A DNA stretch of 61,705 bases from an uncultured Bacteroidales bacterium (GTDB lineage: Bacteria > Bacteroidota > Bacteroidia > Bacteroidales > UBA932): positions 1 through 61,705 of the forward strand of contig CAMOTB010000001.1 of assembly GCA_946625485.1 (NCBI GenBank), in the 5' to 3' direction. The notes below the pieces were generated by a model that made no database searches, had not been told where the DNA came from, and saw nothing but the letters and a program-made list of their open reading frames with translations. The position numbers and the translations under genes were made by a program. Below, one piece after another: positions 28,326 through 38,535 of this stretch (positions are counted from its first letter, which is position 1; each line of letters opens with the position of its first letter).

Positions 28326-30050
28326 TTAAATCGAATTGATGAATTCTACGACCGCCTCCCGGTCTTCCTTGGGAAGGTTGTAGAATTTTTCCGTAGACTC
28401 GTAAGCATCACTTTTCTTGCTGTAGCCGTGCCACATGATCGCTTCGATCACATTGCGGGCCCGGCAATCATGCAGACGCTCCTCTGCTCCGGTATTGGCC
28501 CGGGAAAGGCCCCGGCCCCAGAGCGGCGTAGTGCGGCACCAGCTCCCGTGGATACCGTTCTTCATGTACAGGCGATGCTGGATCATATCCGTGTAGGGGT
28601 AGATCTTCTGGTTGCGATAGCGCGGCAGGTCTTTGCCCTTCAGGATAGCCGGCGCCCAGTAGTTGTCCTCCTTGGTCTCCCAGGAAGCACGGTGGCAGGT
28701 CGCACAACCCATCTTGTTGAACAATTCCTTACCCCGTTGGACCTCCTTGCGATTGAGGTTGCGGGCGCGCGGGATGGACAAGCCACGGTGCCAGACCATG
28801 AAGTTGTAATACTGGTCGTCGCTCATCTCAGGCTTGAAATTGTGCCACTGGTTGTCAAACTGATCCGTTGAGGGATCCAGCAAATGCAGTACGGCATCCG
28901 CAATTCCGGCTTCCGTCCCGTCCGCATAGTAGGGCGATGCCGGATCTGCCTTGATCGCCGCAATGACGGAAGGATCCTCTGACATGGCTTTGGCCCAGGC
29001 CTTCGTGGAATAGAGGAAATGACGGTCGCCGCGGCTGACATTGGTGATGTTCCAGATCGCATTGGCGCCTGCGCCATCCTGCAAGGAAGCACGCGTCATC
29101 GCATAGGTAAAGCGCTTGACCAGTTTGGTTCCGGCAGGGGCCGGGGTCCCATCGGCGAACTTTCCCTCGGCCAGCGTATACCACGCCGTCGGCGCAAAAT
29201 CATTGGCTTCCTTGTCCCAGAAGGCAGGATTCAGCTCTGTATAGGGTGCCTCGGCGCGATACTGTTCGCGGATCGCCTCCTGCGGAATGGCATCCAGCAA
29301 ACCGGTACCGATGATGCCGATGGTGGATTCCAGGCGGAACGCCACGGCTCCTGTCTCGTAGGGGGTCGGCGAAGTATGAAAAGCCTCGGCAGGGATCGAC
29401 AGTTCAGGATAGATCAGGCTGTACTTTTCCCCGTCCGGGAAGGCCAGCGGGAGACCGCTCTCCATCTGCGCGACTTCATGCCAGTCGAGCCGGATCTTGT
29501 CTTCCTCGATGGGAGGCAAGAAAGGATATGCGGCCTTGGTCTGCGGCATGCCGGTGACTTCAGCCACATACGGGCCGTCATCGCTGTTGGCCCCATCCAC
29601 CGGATGATAAATCACCAGCAGATAACCATTGCCAAACTCAGATTTATACTGATACTGGCGCTTGCCATGACCGTAACCGGGATGACAGTCCAGACAGGAA
29701 GAGCGCAGGTAAGCAGGACCCAGCCCTTTGAAAGGCTCGGAGTTGATCGTAAATTTGCGCTCGAACGCAGCTTCACCGAGATTGAAGGCCTGCTCCAGAC
29801 CCTGCGCCGTCACAGCCGGCGTTTCATCTTCGTAGCAGCCCGCAGTCACATTGTCCGTCGTACCCAGCTCACCGGCAGGGTACCATTCCTCGGGGAGGAA
29901 ATTGCCCACCTGCTGTCCGACATACTTGGCATCCGGCTCCCGCTTGTCACTCTGGGAGACCGATCCGCCCCCGAATACAGCCAGGTCACAGGAACTGACT
30001 GCCAAGCCGAAGGCCAGCGCCAACGCGGCTATTTCTGCAACTTTCCTCAT
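28326..30050 (-). CDS. Di-haem oxidoreductase (DHOR) family lipoprotein
   Basis: GLGP..CLDCH and GCATCH haem motifs; RTTPLWG and LHDCRAR. Confidence 0.85.
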   Translation of the reverse strand: MRKVAEIAALALAFGLAVSSCDLAVFGGGSVSQSDKREPDAKYVGQQVGNFLPEEWYPAGELGTTDNVTAGCYEDETPAVTAQGLEQAFNLGEAAFERKFTINSEPFKGLGPAYLRSSCLDCHPGYGHGKRQYQYKSEFGNGYLLVIYHPVDGANSDDGPYVAEVTGMPQTKAAYPFLPPIEEDKIRLDWHEVAQMESGLPLAFPDGEKYSLIYPELSIPAEAFHTSPTPYETGAVAFRLESTIGIIGTGLLDAIPQEAIREQYRAEAPYTELNPAFWDKEANDFAPTAWYTLAEGKFADGTPAPAGTKLVKRFTYAMTRASLQDGAGANAIWNITNVSRGDRHFLYSTKAWAKAMSEDPSVIAAIKADPASPYYADGTEAGIADAVLHLLDPSTDQFDNQWHNFKPEMSDDQYYNFMVWHRGLSIPRARNLNRKEVQRGKELFNKMGCATCHRASWETKEDNYWAPAILKGKDLPRYRNQKIYPYTDMIQHRLYMKNGIHGSWCRTTPLWGRGLSRANTGAEERLHDCRARNVIEAIMWHGYSKKSDAYESTEKFYNLPKEDREAVVEFINSI

Positions 30051-30054
30051 GGCC

Positions 30055-31275
30055 TTACTGCTTAACGATCCAGGCGGCCGCCTTGTTCAGTTCATCATCC
30101 AGATCATTGACGGCATCCATCGCGGCCTGCACGGAAGCATCCTTATAGATATCCACGAACGCGCCCTTGGCCTGGCAGGCCTTGAGGGCCTTCAGCGAAG
30201 CGTCCAGATCGGACTGCAAGTCATTATAACCGCTGTACTTGTATGTTTGGAAGAAGCTCATCAGCGAGTGGCTCTCAGCCTTCGTCGCACCGGCTTTGCC
30301 GTAGAGCGTGTACTGGATGCTCAGGATATTGTCGATGAAGTCCTGGAAAGATTTCTTGCTGTAGGGAGATTCGATGTAGTTGATATCTTCTCCGCTGTGG
30401 GCGTTGCCCATCTTGACATTGGCAACCTCGTTGCAGATATTGGAGCAACCTGCGACCAGGATGGAGGACAGCGTCTCCTGCCAGGTAGCGTAGGTACTGC
30501 CTTTGGCGGCAGCGCCCAGCATGTTCTCACCATAGGATTTGTCTGAACCGCTCAACGTCACGGCCACTTCCAGCTCGTTGCAGCGGTTCCGGTACTGGAC
30601 CGGGGCATCCGCGTTCCAGGAAACCAGCAGACGGTAACAGTTGTCCCGCAGGTCACCGGCGACAGCCGTGGCATAGATGAGTTCCTGGACACCGGTCACT
30701 GTCTTGCCGGCAAACGCTTCGTGCGTCTCATTGGCACGCAACGCTTCGACCTTGCGGTTGGCGCCATCCCGGAAGAGGATGAATTCGATGCCATGGAAGC
30801 CCAGCAGTTCCTGTCCGAGCTTGGCTGCCGCATAGGCGATGCCGTCCTCGCCTTCCAGCTTGGAGACCTGCTCCGCATTGGACAAAGACGTCGCAAGTGC
30901 TTCGACATCCAACGGCCAGGTGTCGATATGGGGGTCGATTCCGAAATCGGTCGCCGCGCCGTACAGGAAGGCTTCAGACTCTTCCCAGGACTGGCGAGCC
31001 TGGAGGAACTTGGCGCAAATCGCGTCCAACTCGCCCTGGCTGAGGGAAGCTACGCCTTTCTTGGAGGCAGCGGCGAGCAGGTCATACAACTCGCCGGTTT
31101 CCTTGGCAAGGTCAGCATACGTTGCATACACGACGCCGGGGACGTACTGCTCCACGACGGCTTTCATTTCTTGTTCGGCGGAGGTCAGTCCGTCTTTGCC
31201 GGTCCTGTCTTCGCAGGCGGCCAGACACATTCCGGCACAGGCCAGAAGCATCAAAGTTTGAATTGCTTTTTTCAT
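30055..31275 (-). CDS. Imelysin (M75)-like iron-regulated lipoprotein
   Basis: Lipobox LAAC; WEESEAFLYG, IDTWP, GFHGIE and ESPYS. Confidence 0.85.
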   Translation of the reverse strand: MKKAIQTLMLLACAGMCLAACEDRTGKDGLTSAEQEMKAVVEQYVPGVVYATYADLAKETGELYDLLAAASKKGVASLSQGELDAICAKFLQARQSWEESEAFLYGAATDFGIDPHIDTWPLDVEALATSLSNAEQVSKLEGEDGIAYAAAKLGQELLGFHGIEFILFRDGANRKVEALRANETHEAFAGKTVTGVQELIYATAVAGDLRDNCYRLLVSWNADAPVQYRNRCNELEVAVTLSGSDKSYGENMLGAAAKGSTYATWQETLSSILVAGCSNICNEVANVKMGNAHSGEDINYIESPYSKKSFQDFIDNILSIQYTLYGKAGATKAESHSLMSFFQTYKYSGYNDLQSDLDASLKALKACQAKGAFVDIYKDASVQAAMDAVNDLDDELNKAAAWIVKQ

Positions 31276-31298
31276 AATTTATCAGTTTTTATCCGAAT

Positions 31299-32573
31299 CT
31301 ACTTGTTGAAAAATCCCATATAGGCGACACCGATCGAGACCGAGGGCTCGTTGTTGTACTGGCTCTGCAGGAAACGATGGGAGTATTCGGCCTTGACAGC
31401 GATCTGCGGAAGCGGGAACCAGTTCAGGCCAACGGCCATCCGATGCCGGCCCGTGTAGGTATAAGCCTGCTGATCCGCAGCCGGGATGTAAGGATTGTAG
31501 TACTCGTAACGGCCGAAGAGGAACAGCTTATCTTCCTTGGCTCCCATCAGGTGCAGGAAATCATAGCCGGCTTCCACTCCGGCAGCGAAAGCACTGCGTC
31601 CCACCGGGGTCTTCTTGTAGGGAGCGTTGTTGGAACTGAGGTTCCGTTTGACGGTACTGATCGTCGATGCATCCCCGACGTAGCCGTAATCGGCATTTCC
31701 CCGGGCGATGAAATGGGCACCGGTATAGGCAAAATCAAAGGCGCCGATCAGCGTCGTACCCTTGATGTCCGCATAGCGGGTACCCTGCATGTCGTTGGGA
31801 TAAGAATTGTGCATGCTGTTGCCGGCATATCCGCTCAGGCTCAGGCGCAGATCCCGGAAAGAGCGGTTGTCGATCCGGGCTGCGAAGCCATAGTTGTTGG
31901 CCACCTTGAACTCGTAAGGCGACCCGGCACCGTACTTGACGAAATTGTCCCTGTTGAACATGAACGCATCCAGTCCGGCAACCAGCAGGGCCTCATAGCG
32001 CCAGCTTCCGGCCTCGCCCCAGAGGCTGATTCCCGTGTCATGCCAGGTACTCGGCAGGATCGTATATTCCCCTTCGGGACGATACACCGTGAAAAAATTC
32101 AGGGGTTCGTGCGCATGATTGAGTCCGCCGACCGGTACGACCAGATGACCCATCCGGACATTAAATGCCGGCGCAAAGGACTTCTGGATCCAGAATTGCT
32201 CCAGTTCCACTTCGCCGCCCTTTTCGATCTCGGACTCCCACTCGCCGGCCTCGGTGTACTCTTTCTCAACGGCCGTGCCGGTCCCGGTATGCTCGAATTC
32301 GATCTCAGTCTGCATCGACCAGCCCTTACCGAAGTCGTACCCCAGATAGATGACGGCGTGCGGGATATCGAAACGCCCATGTCCTTTATCCTCCTTGTAA
32401 TTCCCGGGATGGGAATAACGGTAAACATTGTCGCTGAAAAAATTGCGGGTCAAGGCAACTTCGCCGTATCCGCCGACCGTCAGGCGGCCTGCCTCAGCCC
32501 GGACTTGGGCTGACAGGTCTTTCGTACAGAAACACAGCGCCAGAAGCGCCCAGAAGAGTATTTTCCTTTTCAT
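31299..32573 (-). CDS. Outer-membrane beta-barrel/porin-like protein
   Basis: Signal peptide; GGYGE, EIEFEH and HEPLNFFTVYRP; aromatic C-terminus; first gene of the imelysin operon. Confidence 0.7.
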   Translation of the reverse strand: MKRKILFWALLALCFCTKDLSAQVRAEAGRLTVGGYGEVALTRNFFSDNVYRYSHPGNYKEDKGHGRFDIPHAVIYLGYDFGKGWSMQTEIEFEHTGTGTAVEKEYTEAGEWESEIEKGGEVELEQFWIQKSFAPAFNVRMGHLVVPVGGLNHAHEPLNFFTVYRPEGEYTILPSTWHDTGISLWGEAGSWRYEALLVAGLDAFMFNRDNFVKYGAGSPYEFKVANNYGFAARIDNRSFRDLRLSLSGYAGNSMHNSYPNDMQGTRYADIKGTTLIGAFDFAYTGAHFIARGNADYGYVGDASTISTVKRNLSSNNAPYKKTPVGRSAFAAGVEAGYDFLHLMGAKEDKLFLFGRYEYYNPYIPAADQQAYTYTGRHRMAVGLNWFPLPQIAVKAEYSHRFLQSQYNNEPSVSIGVAYMGFFNK

Positions 32574-32595
32574 TTCCGCTTAAACTTTGCGGGTG

Positions 32596-32707
32596 CAAAA
32601 ATAAAACGGAGCCAAGGACGAGGCAATCCCCAAAAAAGGTCAAATTGAGATGGACGAAATATCCCCTTTTATGGGGATTGCGATCTCGAAGATTGTCGCT
32701 ACATTTG
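32596..32707. promoter_or_regulatory. Divergent promoter pair with a 17-bp inverted repeat over both -33 regions
   Basis: TATTTTTG (minus, 32596-32603) and TACATTTG (plus, 32700-32707); repeat arms 32623-32639 and 32665-32681. Confidence 0.55.
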
Positions 32708-32732
32708 CCGACGACGTTAGTCTTGTAGTCTT

Positions 32733-33101
32733 ATGAATTTCGGAGGTATCATTGTTGGAACGGCCGTCTTCCTGATCATCGGGATCTGCCACCCCATCGT
32801 CATAAAAATGGAATATCATTGGGGCAAGCAAAGCTGGTGGGTGCTCTGCCTGGCCGGCTGCCTGTTTGCCGCGGCTTCACTTTTTGTCAAGGGCATGATC
32901 CTGTCGACCATTCTCGGAGCGGCGGCTTTTTCCTGTTTCTGGGGGATCCATGAACTTCTCTCACAGGAAATGCGCGTGCTGCGCGGCTGGTTCCCTGAAA
33001 ATCCGAAGCGCCACTCGTATTACGAGCGGCGCCGTCAGGAGTTCAAGGATCTCGGGAAGTTCCCTTCCCATCAGAACCTGAGAGAAAAAATCAAAGGCTG
33101 A
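32733..33101 (+). CDS. DUF4491-like small membrane protein
   Basis: IGICHPIVIKMEYHWG and RVLRGWFPENPKR. Confidence 0.75.
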   Translation: MNFGGIIVGTAVFLIIGICHPIVIKMEYHWGKQSWWVLCLAGCLFAAASLFVKGMILSTILGAAAFSCFWGIHELLSQEMRVLRGWFPENPKRHSYYERRRQEFKDLGKFPSHQNLREKIKG

Positions 33102-33104
33102 CCC

Positions 33105-35432
33105 CTACAAGCTCATCTCTTCTTTCAACGGAGTCTGGTCAGAGGACGGACCGGCCTGGATCACGAACGCACCCGGCTCCACGACCTTCTTCATCTCCGG
33201 ATTGTAGAGCGAGAACGCCTCCGGACCCAGTTCGAACTCCACGGTCCGGCTCTCCCCGGCCTTCAGGAATACGCGCTCGAACGCCCTGAGCTGCTTGCGA
33301 GGGCGCACCGTGGAAGCCTTGGGATCCGTCACATAGACCTGCACGACCTCATCTCCGTCCCGCTGGCCGGTGTTGGTGATGCCGACCTGCACCCGCACCC
33401 GGTTGCCGCCCAGCGGCTCGCAGACCATCTTGTCATAGGAGAAAGTCGTATAACTCAAGCCATAGCCAAAGCTGTAAAGCGGGTCGGAGGGCATATCCAC
33501 GTAATTGCCGGGCACCGGGAAAGGCTGGTTATAATAGACGGGCAGCTGCCCGGCGGTACGCGGCACCGAGACCGGCAGCCGGCCCGCAGGATTGTAATCT
33601 CCATACAAGACATCGGCGATCGCCTCACCGCCCGCCTGCCCGGGATAGAACTGCGTCAGGACGGCATCGGCATGCTCCTTGGCCCAGCGTTTATCCAAGG
33701 GGCGACCTTCGATATAGACCACCACCATGGGAGTTCCGGTCGCCTTGATGGCCTTGAGCAGATCCAGCTGCAGGCCCATCAGGTCCAGGGATGCACGGTC
33801 GTAGCCTTCGCCGCACTCCATATCGCTCAGCGCATTGTCATCGACGGTCGCCGCGCCGGTCTCCTTGAACAGGGTCTTGAAGTCACGGGCGCTGGACCCG
33901 CCCACAAAGACCACGGCCACGTTGGAAATCTTGGCCGCCATCACGGCTTCGGCAAAATTGGAACGCTTCGTGTCGCGGATGGAACAGCCCTTCGCATAAC
34001 GCACCTGTTTCGCGCCGATCTTGGCGATGATGCCTTCGAGGGGCGTGGTAACATATTCCGGCCGCTGGGGTGCCGTGTAGTCGCCCAACTGGTTGTACAT
34101 CTCATCGGCGTTGGGACCGATCACGGCGACATGGTCGTTGCGGGAAAGGGGCAGGATGCCGTTATTCTCCAGCAGGACAACACCTTCGCGGGCGGCCTGA
34201 AGGGCCGTTTCCGTATGCTCCGGACTCCGGACGACGGCTGTGTCGGCGGGGTCAGCGAAAGGATTCTCAAACAGGCCGAGCCGGAATTTCAGCTCCAGCA
34301 CGCGACGCACCGCCTCATCCAGGGCCTTGCGGCTGACTTTGCCGGATTCGACGGCATCCTTGAGCGTAGCATAACATTTCGCACCCAGATCCACGTCGAC
34401 GCCGGCCTCCAGGGCCATCTTTCCAGCTTCTTCGGGCGTCTCCGCCACATGATGGGTCTCATACAGGCCGTCGATGCTGTAAAGGTCGGAAACGACGAAG
34501 CCGTCAAAGCCCCATTCGCCCCGCAGGACACCGTTCAACAGGGCTGCGTTGGACGTGCAGGGGACGCCGTCGATCGAATTATAGGAAGTCATCACCGACA
34601 GGGCGCCGGCATCGATGCCGGCCTTGAACGTCGGGAGGACATTTTCGTACAGGTCCCGGGGACCGATCACCGAGGGGTTGCCGTTGTGTCCGCCTGAGGG
34701 GACGCCATAGGCAACGAAATGTTTCAGCGTAGAGATGACGCCCTTATCCCAGCCGTTGTGAAGCGGAGACATGCCTCGGACCAGGCTGGAAGACATCCCG
34801 GCCGTCAGGCAGGGATCCTCGCCGTAGGTCTCTTCGACCCGCGACCAGCGGGGTTCCCGGGCCAGATCGATGACCGGTCCGTAAGCGATATAGGCTCCTA
34901 CCGCCCTTAACTCTTCGGCGACTGTCCGGCCGGCCTTTTCCATCAAGGCCTTGTCCCAGGTTGCAGCCATCGCGATGCCGGTCGGGAAGACGGTCGTCCC
35001 GAGAGCCATGTGCCCATGTGGCGCTTCCTCCGCCAGTAAGATGGGAATCCCGAGCCGGGTCGAATCCACGGCATAGCGCTGCAGGGCATTGATCGCAGCA
35101 ATCGCCGCCGGGGTATCCAGCCCGTTTTCGAAAGTCTTGCGCGTCCAAGGGTCGGCCCGGAAGAAACCCCAAAGCATCCCGCCGTGCTGCTTCCGGATGA
35201 AATCGACATAGGCGTCACTGTAAGTAGCCTCCGACGGCCCGGTCTTCTCGAACATCGGCCAGCCATAAGGGCAGAGCAGCTGCCCGAGCTTCTCCTCCGT
35301 CGTCATCCGGGACAAAAGGTCGTCCGCCCGTTTTTCAGGCGAAAGGGAGGGGTCACGATAATCTGAATGGGTTGAGCAGGCAGCCGTCAGGAGCGCTGCC
35401 AGCAAGGCAGGCAGATATTTGAGTCTGTTCAT
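33105..35432 (-). CDS. Glycoside hydrolase family 3 (BglX-like) lipoprotein
   Basis: Lipobox TAAC; EEAPHG, REPRWSRVEETYGEDP, KHF, VVSD and FGYGLSY. Confidence 0.93.
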   Translation of the reverse strand: MNRLKYLPALLAALLTAACSTHSDYRDPSLSPEKRADDLLSRMTTEEKLGQLLCPYGWPMFEKTGPSEATYSDAYVDFIRKQHGGMLWGFFRADPWTRKTFENGLDTPAAIAAINALQRYAVDSTRLGIPILLAEEAPHGHMALGTTVFPTGIAMAATWDKALMEKAGRTVAEELRAVGAYIAYGPVIDLAREPRWSRVEETYGEDPCLTAGMSSSLVRGMSPLHNGWDKGVISTLKHFVAYGVPSGGHNGNPSVIGPRDLYENVLPTFKAGIDAGALSVMTSYNSIDGVPCTSNAALLNGVLRGEWGFDGFVVSDLYSIDGLYETHHVAETPEEAGKMALEAGVDVDLGAKCYATLKDAVESGKVSRKALDEAVRRVLELKFRLGLFENPFADPADTAVVRSPEHTETALQAAREGVVLLENNGILPLSRNDHVAVIGPNADEMYNQLGDYTAPQRPEYVTTPLEGIIAKIGAKQVRYAKGCSIRDTKRSNFAEAVMAAKISNVAVVFVGGSSARDFKTLFKETGAATVDDNALSDMECGEGYDRASLDLMGLQLDLLKAIKATGTPMVVVYIEGRPLDKRWAKEHADAVLTQFYPGQAGGEAIADVLYGDYNPAGRLPVSVPRTAGQLPVYYNQPFPVPGNYVDMPSDPLYSFGYGLSYTTFSYDKMVCEPLGGNRVRVQVGITNTGQRDGDEVVQVYVTDPKASTVRPRKQLRAFERVFLKAGESRTVEFELGPEAFSLYNPEMKKVVEPGAFVIQAGPSSDQTPLKEEMSL

Positions 35433-35923
35433 AGATCGATGACCATGATATAATCATTCATATAGAATCCTTTCCCGATGGGGAAATCCCCGGACCGGTC
35501 CGGATGCATCCCGATGTGTTCGTAGAAACGCACGGCGGGGTTGTTGCGGTTGACATTGAGCTCCAGCCGGGGATGACCGGACGACAGGGACCGGACATAG
35601 TCTGCAGCGGTTTCGAAAAGACGGCGGCCGAGACCGCTGCCTTGGCATTCCGGCATCACGTAGAGCTTCTCCAGATGGAAGCGCTCCCGGCCGTCGGGAG
35701 TCTCCCCGTCCCGGCGGACGGAAGCATACCCCCGCCCTTCATCCAGGAAAAAGACGATCCCTTCTTCCAGCATCTGCCGGCGCAGACTCTCCTCGGAATA
35801 CATCCAGTCCATCATATAGTCCATCTGTTCCGGACTGAGGATTTCCCGGTAGGTCTGACGGAAGACAATATCAGCCATATCCCGGATGACGGGAATGTCA
35901 TCTGCGGTCGCTTTACGGATCAT
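35429..35923 (-). CDS. GNAT family N-acetyltransferase
   Basis: MIRKAT start; LYVMPECQGSGLG and NVNRNNPAVRFYE. Confidence 0.85.
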   Translation of the reverse strand: MIRKATADDIPVIRDMADIVFRQTYREILSPEQMDYMMDWMYSEESLRRQMLEEGIVFFLDEGRGYASVRRDGETPDGRERFHLEKLYVMPECQGSGLGRRLFETAADYVRSLSSGHPRLELNVNRNNPAVRFYEHIGMHPDRSGDFPIGKGFYMNDYIMVIDL

Positions 35924-35936
35924 GCAGTTCCGGAAT

Positions 35937-36566
35937 CTATTTGGTGCCGAAAATCCGGTCGCCGGCATCACCGAGACCAGGGACGATATAGGCATTCTCG
36001 TTCAGGTGGTCATCCACGGCAGCCACGTAAATATCTACGTCGGGGTGCGCAGCCTGAACCTTGGCTATGCCTTCGGGCACGGCGACAAGGCACATCAGCT
36101 TGATATGGGTGCAGCCCCGTGCCTTGAGCATCGAAAGGGCGTCGACGGCACTGCCGCCGGTAGCCAGCATCGGATCGGTCACGATGACCAGGCGGTCCTG
36201 AATATCCTCAGGCAGCTTGCAATAATACTCGACCGGCTCGTGGGTATCTTCGTTGCGGTACAGGCCGATATGACCGACCTTGGCGACCGGCACCAGGTTC
36301 AGGAGGCCGTCCACCATGCCAAGTCCCGCCCGCAGGATGGGGACGATGGCCAGTTTGCGTCCGGAAACCTGCCGGGCGGTCATCCGGCAGATCGGCGTTT
36401 CGATCTCGACTTCTTCGAGCGGAAGGTCCCGGGTGATTTCATACCCCATCAGAAGGGAGATTTCAGTAAGGAGTTCGCGGAAATCCTTGGATCCCGTTCC
36501 GATTTTTCTCAAGATACCCAGCTTATGCTGGATCATCGGATGGTCGATTACATGCAGTTGGCTCAT
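35937..36566 (-). CDS. upp: Uracil phosphoribosyltransferase
   Basis: [20 protein letters not shown] and [12 protein letters not shown]. Confidence 0.95.
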   Translation of the reverse strand: MSQLHVIDHPMIQHKLGILRKIGTGSKDFRELLTEISLLMGYEITRDLPLEEVEIETPICRMTARQVSGRKLAIVPILRAGLGMVDGLLNLVPVAKVGHIGLYRNEDTHEPVEYYCKLPEDIQDRLVIVTDPMLATGGSAVDALSMLKARGCTHIKLMCLVAVPEGIAKVQAAHPDVDIYVAAVDDHLNENAYIVPGLGDAGDRIFGTK

Positions 36567-36623
36567 AGTATCAGTGTTTGATCATACAAAATTAGCTAAA
36601 AAAGCTTATCTTTAACCCCAATT

Positions 36624-38501
36624 ATGGAAAAAACTATTCAAGAGCAAATCGACCTCGCCGCCCGGCACGTTTTTGACGTGATGAGGCCCCGCGTCACGCC
36701 GGAGGATCTCCGGCGCATCCAAGAGGCTTATCTGCTGGCCGCCCAAGCCCATGAGGGCCAGAAACGCAACACCGGACAGCCTTACATCATCCATCCCATC
36801 GCCGTGGCCAACATCGTGGCCGAAGAGCTCGAGCTCGACGCCAACACCGTCATCTCGGCCTTCTTGCACGATGTCGTCGAGGACACGCCCTATACCGTCG
36901 AGGATATCCGGGAACGTTTCGGGGATGATGTGGCCTTCATCGTGGATGCCGTCACCAAACGCAAGAAAGAGAAGTACAAGAATACCAAGCAGGTGGACAA
37001 CTACAAGCAGATCCTGGATTCCGTCCACTATGACATCCGGGCCCTGCTGGTCAAGCTCAGCGACCGCCTGCACAACATGCGCACGCTGGATGGGATGCGG
37101 CCGGACAAGCAGATGAAGATCGCCGGTGAGACGGACTTCTTCTATGCGCCGCTGGCCGGACGTCTGGGCCTGTACCGGGTCAAGTCCGAACTGGAAAACC
37201 TCTCCTTCCAGTTCCGCTGCCCGCGGGAATATGAACAGATCGAGGAACGGCTCGAAGAAGACAAGCAAAGGACTGCGGAAGCGGTCAGGATCTTCTCGGA
37301 GCGCATCCAGTCCATCTTGGATGAGAAAGGGCTCAAGGCGCGCCTGGATATCCGCTACCGCAAGCCTTACAGTATCTGGCGGGACATGAAAGAGGGCAAC
37401 TGCGACTTCACCCACGTCCCTTTCAAGCACTATGTCCGCGTGATCTACCAGCCGATGGAAGGCTGGCTCAACTCCGGCGATTCCGTCGAAAAAGATACGG
37501 CCCTGTACATCTATTCCGTCCTGGCCAAGCACTTCAAGGAGCGTCCCGGCAGCCTGTACAACTACATCGACAACCCAAAAGACAACGGTTACCAGAGTTT
37601 CCACGTCAAGTTTCTCAACCAGGCCGGCGCCTGGGAAGAGTTGCACATCGGCTCCGAGCGCATGCACCGCAACGCCAAGCTGGGTTGCGTGGTGGAGCGC
37701 GGCGAGAGCTGGCTGGAGCGCTTCAAGACCGTCCTGCAGAACCTGGCCGGCGACAGCGACAGTTTCCTCTTCATGGAAGGTGTCAGCACCTCCCTGTACA
37801 ACGAGGACATCATCGCCTTCACCCCCAAGGGAAAAGGGATCATCCTGCCCAAGGGTGCTTCCGCCCTGGATTTTGCCTATGAGGTACATACCGACATCGG
37901 CGACCATGCCCAATACGCACGCGTCAACGGGAAGCTCAGCCCCTTGCGCACCGAGCTGCACCGGGGCGACTGCGTAGAGATCGGCGTCAGCGACAGCATC
38001 AGTCCCAAGCCCGATTGGCTCGATTTTGCCAAGACCTTCAAGACCCGCCGTCGCCTGCATGAACTGCTTAAGCGCCAGGGTGAACCGGAGCTGCGGCGAT
38101 GTCCGGTCTGTCACCCCCTGCCCGGCGATGATGTCGTCGGTTTCCAGGATGCAGACGGGCAGCTGATCCTCCACAACCGGCACTGTCCCGAAGCCATCAA
38201 ACTGGCCTCTGAAAACGGCGACTTGATCGTCGCCGCCTTTTTCCCAGAGAATGAAGACCGCACCTATCCCGTCCGGATCAAGATCACGGCCATCGACCGC
38301 TACCATCTTCTCCACGACATCATAGACTGCTTCACCGAGCAGCGCCACCTGTCCATGGACAAGATCGGCACCGTCACCCAGGACCAGATCGTCGATTGCA
38401 CCATCGACTTCCAGGTCCATTCCGCCGACGAACTCTACGACACCATGCGCAGCATCGGCGCCATCCGCGGCATCGACGAGGTCCAGCGGATCCTGCTCTG
38501 A
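36624..38501 (+). CDS. Long RelA/SpoT homologue with intact HD hydrolase, degenerate synthetase, TGS and ACT domains
   Basis: HEGQKRNTGQPYIIHP, LHDVVEDT and DRLHNMRT; TGS ALDFAYEVHTDIG; synthetase motifs altered. Confidence 0.85.
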   Translation: MEKTIQEQIDLAARHVFDVMRPRVTPEDLRRIQEAYLLAAQAHEGQKRNTGQPYIIHPIAVANIVAEELELDANTVISAFLHDVVEDTPYTVEDIRERFGDDVAFIVDAVTKRKKEKYKNTKQVDNYKQILDSVHYDIRALLVKLSDRLHNMRTLDGMRPDKQMKIAGETDFFYAPLAGRLGLYRVKSELENLSFQFRCPREYEQIEERLEEDKQRTAEAVRIFSERIQSILDEKGLKARLDIRYRKPYSIWRDMKEGNCDFTHVPFKHYVRVIYQPMEGWLNSGDSVEKDTALYIYSVLAKHFKERPGSLYNYIDNPKDNGYQSFHVKFLNQAGAWEELHIGSERMHRNAKLGCVVERGESWLERFKTVLQNLAGDSDSFLFMEGVSTSLYNEDIIAFTPKGKGIILPKGASALDFAYEVHTDIGDHAQYARVNGKLSPLRTELHRGDCVEIGVSDSISPKPDWLDFAKTFKTRRRLHELLKRQGEPELRRCPVCHPLPGDDVVGFQDADGQLILHNRHCPEAIKLASENGDLIVAAFFPENEDRTYPVRIKITAIDRYHLLHDIIDCFTEQRHLSMDKIGTVTQDQIVDCTIDFQVHSADELYDTMRSIGAIRGIDEVQRILL

Positions 38502-38535
38502 GCCTGTTGTTTCGTTTTTTGCAAGCATTGTCCCC

